A stretch of DNA of 64,000 nt from Candidatus Uhrbacteria bacterium (GCA_030688135.1 JAUYIW010000067.1:23982-87981), one strand, 5' to 3'; positions 1-10,120 are shown, counted from the first letter of the stretch. The notes: generated by a model from the letters alone, not told the origin. Numbers and translations: made by a program.

Positions 1-16
1 ACGAATTTCTGTGCGT

Positions 17-1642
17 TTAGTCTTGGTTGGCCAGCGCTGTTTCTGCGGGCAACTCACCGCGCAAGTAGTCGAACAGCGTACCAGCCTCGAAGTGCTCGAG
101 CATGCTGTCGACCAAATTGACCAACCTCTCACTACCACCCAGGTAATTATGTTGCTGTCCTGTAACATGCATTCCTGGCAGGTTATGCCAATATGCGAAA
201 TCCTTAAAGCCGTGCAACTTCTCCTTGTTTGCACGCAAGAATGCCATGGTGTCAGCAACCATTTCACCCATCAACGGGAACACGCCAGTATCGCTCCAAC
301 GGCCAATAAAGAACATGTACGGCACGCCCTTTTTGAAGCCAAATAGGAACGGGTCGATAAGTGCCTGCCAAGCTGGATCTTGCCACTCACGCCCAGCAAT
401 ATCGTGGTACGGGGTGAAAATCACCACGTAATCGAAATGCTGCTTGGCCTTCATGATGGCTCGCAAAATGTGCGGCGGAATTACATCGCCCTGGTACTGA
501 GCCAAGCGCCTGGTTCGACGATTGAAGATTTGGTACAGGTTGGCAAATTCTTGCGTGCCGAGCAGGCTCGCAAAATACTGCACCGCTACGTCTGGTTGCG
601 GATCTGACTGATTCCAGGTGTCTGGCAGGCTATCCTTGGCCTCGATAAACCACACCGGAGCAGCCACCAACAGATCGGCCACGTGCGCGATGGGAATCAC
701 CGAGCATGGCTGTAGCAACTCTGCGTCCCGCAAGAACCGCACCGTTTCGGTAAACAGCCTCGAAGATTGGAGTTGTGCCTCCATAGTTCCCGCCTCGCCG
801 AAACCAGTTCGGTTCCTGCGAATATTCAGGCTACTGGGACTGCCAACCAGCATATGCAGAGCCGAAATCGACATGCGGCTTCCTGGCGACAACACACCAA
901 CTTGTCGTAAGTTCTGCAACACAGCGATGGTGGAGAGAAACAGCGCGTACTCGCTCTCAATGAGCGAAGCCTGCGTAGCGAAACCAAGTTCGCTCTGCAT
1001 GCTAACTGCCATCTCTACCGAGCGCTTCTCGGCCTCGCTACCAGCTGCATCGAGGTCGAATACGACATCGTAGGTAGAAAGTCCAGTGAAGGTTTCTTCT
1101 AGAAACTTAGCCACCAACTCTCGAGCATCGTCCGCATCTTGAATCTCGACTAGCTCGTCGAGCTCGATGCCAATCACTTGCTTGAGTGGCTTGTTGGCAA
1201 TTGCTTTCCGCACCTGCTCGGCCGGAATCGCCTTCACTCGTTTGTGGTAGGCATAGCGCCGAACCAAGCTTGGCAGCTGAGCAGCCTCTCCCTGCAAAAC
1301 AGGAAGGTATACAGCATTCGACACGCCGATTGCTCGAAACTTGCCTTCGCGCTTGTTATCACCGATGAGCGTAAACTCAACCATGGCTCCAACAGTCAAC
1401 GTAAAATCGCTCTCGTCCTGATGCACGAAAACATCTCCGTTGGTATCGAACTGCTCACCCTCGATGGTGGTGATGTTATTGATGAATCCGTAACCATTGG
1501 GCATTTCGACAACTGTGCCGATAAGCCTTGGAAGCACACGGACTGTGGCCTCGGGCCTTGAAAGAACACTTGCAACAGGCATTGCTGACTCCAGTAACGA
1601 CCAGACAGCAGGAAAACCAACAGATTTGGCCCCTGAACTCAT
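17..1642 (-). CDS. hypothetical protein with N-terminal cold-shock (CSD/OB-fold) domain; high-GC island gene
   Basis: 541-aa ORF. The motif GTVVEMPNGYGFI...DVFVHQDES matches the cold-shock domain signature (GxVKWFNxxKGFGFI...DVFVH). GC content is far above the AT-rich genome background. The rest of the protein is unrecognised. The true start may be an internal Met. Confidence 0.5.
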   Translation of the reverse strand: MSSGAKSVGFPAVWSLLESAMPVASVLSRPEATVRVLPRLIGTVVEMPNGYGFINNITTIEGEQFDTNGDVFVHQDESDFTLTVGAMVEFTLIGDNKREGKFRAIGVSNAVYLPVLQGEAAQLPSLVRRYAYHKRVKAIPAEQVRKAIANKPLKQVIGIELDELVEIQDADDARELVAKFLEETFTGLSTYDVVFDLDAAGSEAEKRSVEMAVSMQSELGFATQASLIESEYALFLSTIAVLQNLRQVGVLSPGSRMSISALHMLVGSPSSLNIRRNRTGFGEAGTMEAQLQSSRLFTETVRFLRDAELLQPCSVIPIAHVADLLVAAPVWFIEAKDSLPDTWNQSDPQPDVAVQYFASLLGTQEFANLYQIFNRRTRRLAQYQGDVIPPHILRAIMKAKQHFDYVVIFTPYHDIAGREWQDPAWQALIDPFLFGFKKGVPYMFFIGRWSDTGVFPLMGEMVADTMAFLRANKEKLHGFKDFAYWHNLPGMHVTGQQHNYLGGSERLVNLVDSMLEHFEAGTLFDYLRGELPAETALANQD

Positions 1643-1669
1643 GCTGTCGTCAACGCATGAATTAAGCTT

Positions 1670-1698
1670 GTTTTATCATATTTATTGAACTTTGTCAA
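1670..1698 (-). promoter_or_regulatory. putative promoter with CTTGACAAAG -35 context for the CSD-protein gene
   Basis: The minus strand reads CTTGACAAAGTTCAATAAATATGATAAAAC upstream of the ATG at 1642. The -35 TTGACA is clear; the -10 is weak. Confidence 0.3.
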
Positions 1699-1774
1699 GC
1701 TTAGGACTTACTATGGATGTTGAGCTTGACAGAGGTCTCTATTTATTACCAACGTGGCTTTGTGATTGAAAAAA

Positions 1775-1812
1775 AGAAACGCACCCGACAAGGCAGGTGC
1801 GCCTGTGGATGC
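1775..1812 (-). terminator. rho-independent terminator downstream of the 1828..2730 gene
   Basis: The minus strand reads GCGCACCTGCCTTGTCGGGTGCG followed by TTTCTTTTTTT. Confidence 0.55.
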
Positions 1813-1827
1813 GTAGAGCCCCGGACT

Positions 1828-2730
1828 CTAGCCCGGAGCGAAAATGAGCGGATAGTTCACGACCACGATGCCGCCACCATTGGGCTTGGGGAACTGAAGC
1901 TTGCGGAACTCGCCAGCGATACAGCTCTCGACCGTCGGGTCGTTCATGGTCGAGGAGCTCGTCTCCGCCTTGGAGACACTCCCGTTCTTCGCAATGACGA
2001 ACTTGGTCACGACCTTGCCACCGAGCTCTGGGTCCTTCTCGAGCTCGCGCTGGTAGCAGTAACGGATCTGGTTCATATGTCGCTTGATCACCGCGTCGAT
2101 GAGTGACTTGTCAAGCGCGCCCATGATGATCGGGTCGCCACCAACCATACCACCACCCAGGCCATAGTTCCGAGATCCGAGGCCGCTACCGTAGCCAGAC
2201 GAACCATCGCTGCGACCCTTGGTCCCGAGACCACCGAGACCTTCGGCTGTGCCGCCACCTCCGAGACCGGAGCTCTTGGAGCCAAGGCCACCAGAGCCGA
2301 TCTGGGTGCCCTTGGCACCGATCAACCCCCCGATACCACTGGTGAGGTCTGCGTCGAACCTAATGGAGCCGAACACACCGTCGAACTCGGAGCCGTCACG
2401 AAGTCCCCCGAGCACACCGGCATTCTCCTTGATCTCCTTGTCGAGCTCACGCTTCTGCATCTCGACCTTGTTGCCCTTCGCCTTTACCACATCGGCCGAA
2501 GCGGGCGCTTTGGGCTTCGAGGCCTGAACCGGGTCGGGCGTCGACGCGGACTGCTCTACCGGTGCGACGACAATGTCATCAGCTGGTGTCTCGATTTTCT
2601 TTACGAGTAACGCCGCATCTGCTTGCCTCTCGAGCGCTTCGAACTCATCGAGAACGTCTTGTACGTCGTCAGCCTTCGCAGTGGACGTTGTGGCGAAAAC
2701 CGCCAGGAAAAGAATGAATGCATAACGCAT
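1828..2730 (-). CDS. secreted Gly-rich protein with TonB-C-terminal-like (AgmX/PglI-type) C-terminal domain
   Basis: N-terminal signal peptide (MRYAFILFLAVFATTSTAKA). Central Gly/Ser-rich low-complexity region. The C-terminus (DPIIMGALDKSLIDAVIKRHMNQIRYCYQREL...GGIVVVNYPLIF) resembles the TonB C-terminal / AgmX-PglI fold. High GC. Confidence 0.5.
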   Translation of the reverse strand: MRYAFILFLAVFATTSTAKADDVQDVLDEFEALERQADAALLVKKIETPADDIVVAPVEQSASTPDPVQASKPKAPASADVVKAKGNKVEMQKRELDKEIKENAGVLGGLRDGSEFDGVFGSIRFDADLTSGIGGLIGAKGTQIGSGGLGSKSSGLGGGGTAEGLGGLGTKGRSDGSSGYGSGLGSRNYGLGGGMVGGDPIIMGALDKSLIDAVIKRHMNQIRYCYQRELEKDPELGGKVVTKFVIAKNGSVSKAETSSSTMNDPTVESCIAGEFRKLQFPKPNGGGIVVVNYPLIFAPG

Positions 2731-2783
2731 GTATCACCTCTGTTTTTGAAAGAAACTTACGTACTTCAGTGTACGTAAGACGG

Positions 2784-2815
2784 ATTATAATAGCAATAAA
2801 CCCAACTTTTGTCAA
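2784..2815 (-). promoter_or_regulatory. sigma70-like promoter (TTGACA-N17-TATTAT) with shared TTGACAAAAG context
   Basis: The minus strand reads GTTTGACAAAAGTTGGGTTTATTGCTATTATAAT upstream of the 1828..2730 gene. It is followed by the palindrome CTTACGTACTTCAGTGTACGTAAG (2754-2781) in the 5' leader. Confidence 0.45.
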
Positions 2816-3065
2816 ACTACGGAGGGAGGATCATACAGCAACCAATCAATACCCCGGGTACAGATGAATCAGAACCTGACTAAAGCCCGAATGAAAGTAT
2901 TTTAAACAAAAAGCAGGCCACTAAACCCGCTTTCTACAATATTTGACATTTGAGCTTTCTGATTTGATATTTCGCCTGCATCCTTAACCTCTTCAGCGTC
3001 CGAGTAATCTCTCTTTAACCTCTCCACAATCAGTATAACCTCTCTCCACCTTCCGAGCACCCAAA

Positions 3066-4418
3066 TTACCCCAACCTCCTTCTAACAATATCTACCACTT
3101 TCTTAGCATCAACAATTTCCTGTCCACCTGACTCCATATCACGAATAATAATCGTGCCATCTAAAACTTCTTTCTGACCAAGAATAAGTGATAGTTTTGC
3201 TTCCATTTTGTCTGCTAACTCAAGCTGAGCTTTTAGCGATCCCTTACCAAACGCTTCAGCGACTGGAATTCCCGATACTCTAAACTCCTCAAACATAGCA
3301 AGCCCTTTTCTGCGTGCAGCGTCGCCAAGTTGCGCAAAAAATACATCAACCGTTCTACGCTTTGGAACATCTACTCCCTTATTCTTCATTGCAAGAATAA
3401 CTCGCTCAATTCCAACAGCCGCACCCATTGCAGGAACATCATCTCTCCCACCAAGTAATGGTATTAGGCCGTCATAACGACCACCTCCGGCAAGAGAACT
3501 TTGAGACTTCGACTCTTCGTCACCCTGCGACTCTTCTGCAACAGGTAATATCTCAAACACAGTGCGAGAATAGTAATCAAGTCCACGAACCAAAAATGGA
3601 TCAAGCTCATAGGCAACATCGACTTCATCCAGGTACTCCAATACCTTCATTAGATTTTGCTTTGAAGTTTCATCGATCCAATCAAGAATCTGTGGAGCAT
3701 TTTCACGTAACTCGTCCATTCCTTCTTCTTTTGAATCAAGTAATCGTAAAGGATTTTTTGTTAAACGCTTCTTGTCAACGTCGGATAGCTTGCTCCTGAA
3801 CTGCTTAAAGTAACTTGCAAGCTCCATTACATACTCCCTGCGTGATTCAGAAGTCCCGATTGAGTTGATTTTTACAACCGTATCAAGTCCAAGCTCTTTC
3901 ATGAATCTATCAAGCATTATAATAACCTGTGCATCGATTACAGGCTCAGCTGAGCCGATTGCCTCGAGCCCCCATTGATGAAATTGTCTATAACGTCCAG
4001 ACTGTGGGCGGTCATAACGAAACATTGGACCAAAGTACCAAAGCTTTACAGGCTGTGGTAAATTTAACATTCCGTGCTCAATATATGCTCGAGCAACTTG
4101 CGCAGTGGCCTCAGGCCGCATCGTTACACGATCATTCCCCTGATCGGTGAACGAAAACATTTCTTTTTCTACAATATCAGTTCCCTTTCCAACTGAACGC
4201 TCAAATAAAACAGTCTTCTCAAGCATTGGTAAACGTATTCTTCCAAAACTGTAATCGGTAGAAATTTTCCTTGCAGTGTCTTCTACAAGATTCCAATACG
4301 CCTGTTCTTCAGGTAAAATATCTCGGAAACCTCGCAAATGTTCTGGAGTTTTGCTTTTCTTTTTTGAAGAATCATCCACCTTCTCCAACTTATTCATTTC
4401 ATCTTTTTTTGCAGGCAT
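3066..4418 (-). CDS. hisS: histidyl-tRNA synthetase
   Basis: Class II aaRS motifs are present (RGFRDILPEE, RPEATAQVARAY, FGPMFRYDRPQSGRYRQFHQ, GGGRYDGL). 450 aa. Confidence 0.9.
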   Translation of the reverse strand: MPAKKDEMNKLEKVDDSSKKKSKTPEHLRGFRDILPEEQAYWNLVEDTARKISTDYSFGRIRLPMLEKTVLFERSVGKGTDIVEKEMFSFTDQGNDRVTMRPEATAQVARAYIEHGMLNLPQPVKLWYFGPMFRYDRPQSGRYRQFHQWGLEAIGSAEPVIDAQVIIMLDRFMKELGLDTVVKINSIGTSESRREYVMELASYFKQFRSKLSDVDKKRLTKNPLRLLDSKEEGMDELRENAPQILDWIDETSKQNLMKVLEYLDEVDVAYELDPFLVRGLDYYSRTVFEILPVAEESQGDEESKSQSSLAGGGRYDGLIPLLGGRDDVPAMGAAVGIERVILAMKNKGVDVPKRRTVDVFFAQLGDAARRKGLAMFEEFRVSGIPVAEAFGKGSLKAQLELADKMEAKLSLILGQKEVLDGTIIIRDMESGGQEIVDAKKVVDIVRRRLG

Positions 4419-4447
4419 ATTAAGTATTGAATATGGTTTAGTGAAAA

Positions 4448-5131
4448 TTAGAAATTATAATCAGGAGAAGTGAATGTGCTTATACGTTCAAATGGAAGTC
4501 CACGAATCCAAACTTTTCCAACAATACTTTCTTCATCGACTGGTCCAAATTTTCGTGAATCAAAACTTGAATCTCTGTTGTCGCCTAACAAGTAATACTC
4601 GTCTGCACCTAGAATCACACGCTCATGCCCTTCTGTATAATCTTCTATGTAGGATTCGCTTAATGATGTTCCATTTGGGTACTCACTGTTAAAAACAGTA
4701 ATAACACCGTCTAAAATTTCTACTGTTTCTCCGGGTAAACCTATTATTCTCTTAATGTAAAATTGACTTTCGTTGCCGGGTGGCCTAAAAACAACAATCT
4801 CGCCACGCTGAGCATCTTTAAATCTATAAGTTACTTCGTCAATAATTAAGTAATCATTTTCGTAATAATTCGGCTCCATTGAAGCCCCACGAACAATAAA
4901 TGGCTTAATAAGGAAGTATCGAACTGGAACTATTATCGCAGCCGCAACTATAACAACTTGCAAGACTTCAACAATAAACAGGACAACCGCGCCAAGAGTA
5001 GCCCCGAAGACTCGGTATGCAAAAGGTTCCTTGATATCTTGTCGTCGTTTGAAAAGCATAGTTTGTAATAGGGGCGGCCCATTGTGACCGCCCGCTTGCT
5101 TAAATTCCTCCGAATACACGCACAATATCAC
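4448..5131 (-). CDS. lepB: signal peptidase I (S26 family)
   Basis: N-terminal TM segment. The catalytic Ser box (VRGASMEPN) and the GDNRDSSFDSR box are both present. Confidence 0.85.
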   Translation of the reverse strand: MILCVYSEEFKQAGGHNGPPLLQTMLFKRRQDIKEPFAYRVFGATLGAVVLFIVEVLQVVIVAAAIIVPVRYFLIKPFIVRGASMEPNYYENDYLIIDEVTYRFKDAQRGEIVVFRPPGNESQFYIKRIIGLPGETVEILDGVITVFNSEYPNGTSLSESYIEDYTEGHERVILGADEYYLLGDNRDSSFDSRKFGPVDEESIVGKVWIRGLPFERISTFTSPDYNF

Positions 5132-5249
5132 AGTTTTTTGCTCTTTGCAAGGGAGTGAGCTTGATCCCGCATTCTATACTCAATGCACCACTCATCGGGA
5201 AAAACGCTCAATCGGCACAATCTCAGTCCAATACAATCCAAACACACAG

Positions 5250-5267
5250 TCCAACATCTAGCGTTGA
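5250..5267 (-). repeat. isolated copy (reverse orientation) of the 18-bp iteron TCAACGCTAGATGTTGGA at the edge of high-GC island 1
   Basis: The plus strand reads TCCAACATCTAGCGTTGA. This is the reverse complement of the motif found three times at 40243-40378. Confidence 0.6.
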
Positions 5268-5470
5268 CATATCAGCGCGGAGTACTCAAGAATTGCGATG
5301 CACACTCCACGCATCCTCCTGGCCGCCATAGCTTTAGCGACGGTGGCTGAACGCGCGAACTCCGGCAACATTGCAATCTGAGAGATTTCGGTGACACATA
5401 TCCTTAAACACGTATTCATGAACCTACTCTCCAGTGTTATTTTACCAAACTTTTTCTAAAATAAAAGAGC

Positions 5471-5506
5471 CCCTCGAAAACTTCAGTCAAAGACTTCAGT
5501 TTTCGA
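5471..5506. terminator. GC-rich hairpin (CCCCTCGAAAAC...GTTTTCGAGGGG)
   Basis: Perfect 12-bp inverted repeat near the 3' boundary of the minus-strand island-1 operon. Confidence 0.4.
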
Positions 5507-5570
5507 GGGGCAGGTCGCACTTTTTCAGATGTGGCGAGTCCGCTTCGCGGACGAAGAACCAAGGACCAAG

Positions 5571-5610
5571 CCTGCCTGCTGCCTGCCTGCCGGCAGGCAG
5601 GGCAGGCAGG
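5571..5610. repeat. perfect GC-rich palindrome built from CCTGCCTGCC units
   Basis: The sequence is CCTGCCTGCTGCCTGCCTGCCGGCAGGCAGGGCAGGCAGG. A related (CCTGCCTG)n-CCGGC tract recurs at 40045-40069 beside another high-GC island. Confidence 0.7.
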
Positions 5611-5685
5611 TCCAAAGATCTCCGAGCGCCAAGCTACCAAGCGTGCCCCGTACCGAGCTATGCTCTGGTGCGGGGTTCCAAGTGC

Positions 5686-6387
5686 CTACTCCCAGAGGAC
5701 AGACAACGACGTGAAATAGAACCAGTCGTCGAGGCGGCGGGCGTCCAGGCGCGCCCAGTCACTGTGACGGTCGACGCTCGGCGAGTCCATCCACGCATCG
5801 CAGTCGGGGACGTTCAGCTCGAGACCGCAGGCCAGAACCCACGGAACGGTATCGCCGTCGATCTGGCGAACCCAGTCGGGGTCTTGCGCGGCAGCGTAAA
5901 ATACGGCGAAGTGTGCCGAATCCTTGCCACGCACGGCCTTGGCGACCGTTCCGTCCTTGCGGTTGAAGTGCGCGCCGAGGTCCACGACCTCGATGCGCAC
6001 GCAATCGCGGTAGACGGGTACGATCGTGTTGCCACCCTCGTCCTGCAGGTATCGAACACGATTTTCGTCGATCCCACTGGCGTAGGCGAGATCCCACTGC
6101 CAGAAGTCCGTTCCGAAAGTGTCGCGCATGCGGTCGCGGGCGTAGGGCAGCAACTCATGCGCAAGACCGTCACCGAGATACGGCGACACTACGATGTTCA
6201 GCATGTTGTTGTTCTGGCTCTCTGCGTTGAACCGCGCAATGCGACTCTCGGCTTCCTTCTGCGCCGAGTCGATCATACCTCCCTTCACCCCCGGCCAGCT
6301 CCGTACCATTTCGAGCTTGTCCTTGAGTGGGCGGAATCGGCCGTGGATGAGGCGGAAAGCGTCGTGCTTGCGCATGGTGACGAGCAT
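5686..6387 (-). CDS. hypothetical protein (high-GC island 1)
   Basis: 233-aa ORF with balanced composition. The overlapping plus-strand 369-aa ORF is an Arg/Ala/Val-rich GC shadow. A hairpin (CCCCGTACC...GGTGCGGGG) follows the stop. No family recognised. Confidence 0.45.
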   Translation of the reverse strand: MLVTMRKHDAFRLIHGRFRPLKDKLEMVRSWPGVKGGMIDSAQKEAESRIARFNAESQNNNMLNIVVSPYLGDGLAHELLPYARDRMRDTFGTDFWQWDLAYASGIDENRVRYLQDEGGNTIVPVYRDCVRIEVVDLGAHFNRKDGTVAKAVRGKDSAHFAVFYAAAQDPDWVRQIDGDTVPWVLACGLELNVPDCDAWMDSPSVDRHSDWARLDARRLDDWFYFTSLSVLWE

Positions 6388-6390
6388 GGC

Positions 6391-6510
6391 CTACACCGCT
6401 TTCGGAGTTTGGCTGAGCTTCTTCGCATCTTCAGCCGTGAGCCCTGCCGCGTTAAGAACACGGTAGAGCTCGATTTCGGTTCCCTTGTCTATTTTGTAAA
6501 GGCTGGCCAT
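6391..6510 (-). CDS. small ORF (39 aa) immediately upstream of, and in frame with, the 233-aa ORF
   Basis: The sequence is MASLYKIDKGTEIELYRVLNAAGLTAEDAKKLSQTPKAV. A GGAGG motif lies 8 nt upstream. A TAG stop plus one codon separate it from the downstream ATG in the same frame. Confidence 0.25.
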   Translation of the reverse strand: MASLYKIDKGTEIELYRVLNAAGLTAEDAKKLSQTPKAV

Positions 6511-6669
6511 GTGGCTTACCCTCCTTGTTTCGCCGTCGGCTAACCTTACACCCTGAACTTACAGGAGTCTGACTGACCAGTTTGTTAAATACGGCTCTTT
6601 GAAGTCGATAAACTACAAAAAGCCATATTCAACATTAAAACTTGGTATTATTATATTAATGAACAAGGC

Positions 6670-6701
6670 ATGAATATAGCATTTATTAGCGATTTTGTCA
6701 A
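6670..6701 (-). promoter_or_regulatory. sigma70-like promoter (TTGACA-N17-TATATT) for the island-1 minus-strand operon
   Basis: The minus strand reads CTTGACAAAATCGCTAATAAATGCTATATTCATGCC. It shares the CTTGACAAA context with the other island promoters. Confidence 0.45.
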
Positions 6702-6775
6702 GTCTACTCAGCTAAAATTAGCCAATATTCTGGTGACGTCTCTAAGAGACGTCCCTTTTCTCTTATTTTATTCAA

Positions 6776-6925
6776 GATCCTCCGCTCACCGAGAGATCCT
6801 TCATCGGCTCTATTTTTTTAGGATGTCCTGCTCCCTCAGGATGTCCTACTCCGCCGGCCACCTCAGCGTCAGAATAACCCCTTCGCATCCAGAATAACCC
6901 CTCCGCCAATCGTATAACCCCATTG
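6776..6925. repeat. dispersed repeat, family E, copy 1
   Basis: AGATCCTTCATCGGCTCTA...CCTCAGGATGTCC...CCACCTCAGCGTCAGAATAACCCCTTCG. It is followed by three short ATAACCCC repeats. A second copy lies at 22884-22995. Confidence 0.6.
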
Positions 6926-7056
6926 CATTCGAACCAATCCCCCTCCCAAAACACAGCCCCTTTGCGCCCCTTTCAAATTTCGACTATAATATTGCAAGCA
7001 GAGGCTACCCTTGATATTTTTCGATCTGGAAATACATACCATATAGTGAAACAAGT

Positions 7057-8538
7057 ATGAATGACGACAACTCGGTTGATTTTCTAAAAAAGAAATACAA
7101 CCTGGCACCTGATCGCAATAGCGCCAAACGTCAAAAAAAGGTTTTACGAACTGCAGGCGTTTTTTTGACTCTTATTGCACTTGGCGGTGTCTTTTTTTCA
7201 TACAACATTTCTAAAATAGCCATTGAGCCAGCATCAGACAGCGGAGGGTTTTCTATACTTTCATCTTTCCGCAGACTTGTTACAAGTGATGAAAAAGAAC
7301 TTATTGGCGAAGAAGACGATCGCATAAACTTCCTTCTAATGGGAATTGGTGGCGCTGGCCACGACGGACCCGAACTTACAGATACATTAATGTTCGCAAG
7401 TTTCCGCCCATCTACAAACAAAATCGGAATTATGTCTATTCCGCGTGACCTTATTGTTCCAATCCCAGGTTACGGTTATCAAAAAATTAATCACGCAAAC
7501 GCCTACGGAGAACTTAACGAAGATGGCGCTGGCCCGGAACTTGCAACAGAAGTTATAAGTGAACTTTTAGACCAAGAAATCCACTACACTGTTAAAGTTG
7601 ACTTTCAGGGCTTCGAGGATTTGATCGACGCGATTGGTGGAATCAATGTTTTTGTTGAACGTTCATTTGTTGATCCAACATATCCAACTGACGACCACTT
7701 AACTGAATTTATTGAATTTGAAGAAGGCTGGAAGAAAATGGATGGTGATTTTGCACTAAAGTACGCTCGTTCTCGCCACGGCACAAATGGTGAAGGCTCT
7801 GATTTTGCACGCGCTGCGCGTCAACAAAATATTTTAATGGCTGTAAAAGATAAAATGCTCTCCCCTTCTGTTTTACTAAATCCAGGTAAACTTAATAGTC
7901 TAATTGAAACATTTAAAGACAACGTTAAAACTAATCTTACCTTTTGGGAAATGATTAAACTGGCTCGTTATGCACCAGACGTTAATACTGAAAACATCAA
8001 CCACGAGGTTTTAGATGCAAGTTCGGAAAGTCCGCTTTACTCTACAACGATCAACGGTTCATACGTGCTAATGCCAAAACTCGATAACTGGTCAGAAGTT
8101 CGATCGATTGCAGAAAATATATTTACAGCAAGTAGCTTAAATGGATCTGAAGTAGCTGAAGCTACAAAACCAATGGAATCTGCGCGCGTAGAAATCCAAA
8201 ACGGTACAAGCCTATCTGGTCTAGCGTTTGAAACGTCCCAACTTCTTGCAAGTTCTGGCGTTGAGGTTGTAAAAATTGGCAACGCTGAATCTCGAGGATA
8301 TACCAAAACAATCATCTACGATTTAACAGAAGGCGAAAAATCAGACGGTTTAAACGTATTAAAGGAGTTTTTAGGAGCAGATGTTGCCATGTCTACTACC
8401 GGATGGATATTTTCGGACGAAGTTGTCCCTCGCGAGCTCAGTGTTGGAACTCCAGGAGTTGATCTTGCAACATCTGATGAAGCTATTGACTTTTTGATCA
8501 TTTTAGGGGAGAATACGGCAAACTTGGTAATGCGGTAA
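7057..8538 (+). CDS. LytR-CpsA-Psr (LCP) family cell-envelope phosphotransferase
   Basis: N-terminal TM segment. LCP core motifs are present (INFLLMGIGGAGHDGPELTDTLMFASF, IPRDL, ALKYARSRHG, RQQNIL), followed by a LytR_C-like C-terminal domain. Confidence 0.8.
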   Translation: MNDDNSVDFLKKKYNLAPDRNSAKRQKKVLRTAGVFLTLIALGGVFFSYNISKIAIEPASDSGGFSILSSFRRLVTSDEKELIGEEDDRINFLLMGIGGAGHDGPELTDTLMFASFRPSTNKIGIMSIPRDLIVPIPGYGYQKINHANAYGELNEDGAGPELATEVISELLDQEIHYTVKVDFQGFEDLIDAIGGINVFVERSFVDPTYPTDDHLTEFIEFEEGWKKMDGDFALKYARSRHGTNGEGSDFARAARQQNILMAVKDKMLSPSVLLNPGKLNSLIETFKDNVKTNLTFWEMIKLARYAPDVNTENINHEVLDASSESPLYSTTINGSYVLMPKLDNWSEVRSIAENIFTASSLNGSEVAEATKPMESARVEIQNGTSLSGLAFETSQLLASSGVEVVKIGNAESRGYTKTIIYDLTEGEKSDGLNVLKEFLGADVAMSTTGWIFSDEVVPRELSVGTPGVDLATSDEAIDFLIILGENTANLVMR

Positions 8539-8654
8539 CTGCAAGGGTCCTAAGATGTACAGATCAGTACGAATATACAAATATATAGATAAATTTGAAC
8601 CAGAAATCTGTATATCTGTAAAAATCCGTACATCCTCGGTACCTTGCTACTTCT

Positions 8655-10022
8655 ATGACCCCTCCAAAAATTGCAATAATAGGTAGAACAAACGTCGGGA
8701 AATCGACGCTTTTTAATCGTTTAGTTGAGGCCCAAAAATCCTTGGTGTCTGAAGTCCCCGGAACTACCAGAGATAGATTTGAAGCAGACTGTATTTGGCG
8801 TGGAAAAGTTGTACGACTTATAGACACTGGTGGACTTGATACAAAAGCATCTGATCAAATTGAGCGCGACATTGCGCTTCAGGCTCGCGCAGCAATCAAG
8901 GAAGCAGATGTAATACTTTTTATTGTTGACGCAATAGCAGGATTGCAAAAAGAAGACAGAGATCTTGCTAAGGAATTAATGAAAACAAAAAAGCCAGTTA
9001 TCGTAGCTGCAAACAAAGCCGATAACGCCAGGATTCGCTCAAGGCTAACCGACAAAGAATGGTTTAACTGGTCACTCGCAACTCCGATGGCAGTTTCTGC
9101 AAAACAAGGAATTGGTGCTGGTGATTTGCTAGATGAAATATTTAATAAGCTAAAAGAGATCGGACTTGAGCCAACAGAAATCTCCGAAATCGCACTTACA
9201 CGTGTGGCTGTTGTTGGACGACCGAACGTTGGCAAGTCTTCCCTACTAAACGCTGCTCTTGGAGAACACAGATTTATAACATCGGAAATAGAACACACAA
9301 CACGCGAACCAAACGATACCTTAATGAGCGTTGACGGTCATGATTACCTTTTTGTAGATACTGCCGGTGTTCGAAAAATGGCGCGCGTAAACGCAGGAAA
9401 TTCAAAACTCGAAAAGTCAGGTGTAGACAAAACACTTCGTGCAGTTCGCAGAGCTGACGTTGCATTGTTTGTAATCGACATCACAAAAAAAATATCTTCG
9501 CAAGACAAACATCTTGCGGGAATGCTAGCAGCAGCTGGAGCAAGTACAATTTTGATCGCAAATAAATGGGACCTTATTCCTGACAAAGACTCAAAAATGA
9601 TTAATGAGTACGAAAGATATCTTCGTGCTATGCTCCCAATGCTCGACTACGCGCCAATATTATTCACGTCTGCCCTAACCGGTCAACGTGTCCAAACGCT
9701 ATTCGATATAATCGATAAAGTTTACCAAAGTCGGTTTACACAACTTACTAAAAATGAAACTCGCGAGTTTATTAGTCGTGCAATTGTGAAACACAAACCA
9801 TCACGAGGAAAAGGTATTGCACACCCTCATATTCGTTACTTTGAACAAGGTAATGTAAACCCGCCAACATTCTTCCTTGGACTAAAACAAGCCCGCAAAG
9901 ATGTTTTGGCAGATTCTTATCTTAGATTTTTAGAAAACCAACTTAGAAAAAGTTTTGATTTTGAAGGTACGCCGATTCGAATTGTAGTAAAATCTCGAAC
10001 TAGAACCGTAGAAGAGAAATAA
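8655..10022 (+). CDS. der: ribosome-associated GTPase Der (EngA)
   Basis: Two tandem GTPase domains, each with a P-loop (GRTNVGKST and GRPNVGKSS), followed by a KH-like C-terminal domain. Confidence 0.9.
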   Translation: MTPPKIAIIGRTNVGKSTLFNRLVEAQKSLVSEVPGTTRDRFEADCIWRGKVVRLIDTGGLDTKASDQIERDIALQARAAIKEADVILFIVDAIAGLQKEDRDLAKELMKTKKPVIVAANKADNARIRSRLTDKEWFNWSLATPMAVSAKQGIGAGDLLDEIFNKLKEIGLEPTEISEIALTRVAVVGRPNVGKSSLLNAALGEHRFITSEIEHTTREPNDTLMSVDGHDYLFVDTAGVRKMARVNAGNSKLEKSGVDKTLRAVRRADVALFVIDITKKISSQDKHLAGMLAAAGASTILIANKWDLIPDKDSKMINEYERYLRAMLPMLDYAPILFTSALTGQRVQTLFDIIDKVYQSRFTQLTKNETREFISRAIVKHKPSRGKGIAHPHIRYFEQGNVNPPTFFLGLKQARKDVLADSYLRFLENQLRKSFDFEGTPIRIVVKSRTRTVEEK

Positions 10023-10120
10023 AATACAAACCCTAAATTCTAGACTCTAACCTCTAAATAAATCCAAAATTCAAATTTATTTAGGATTTCTGTTTCGAGC
10101 TTAAAATTTATATGACCCTA

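Noticed and set aside
5434-6543. 369-aa plus-strand ORF overlapping the island-1 genes
   Set aside because: Its composition is Arg/Ala/Val/Pro-rich, typical of a frame shadow in high-GC DNA. It runs antisense to a better-behaved 233-aa ORF that has an RBS, a promoter and a terminator.
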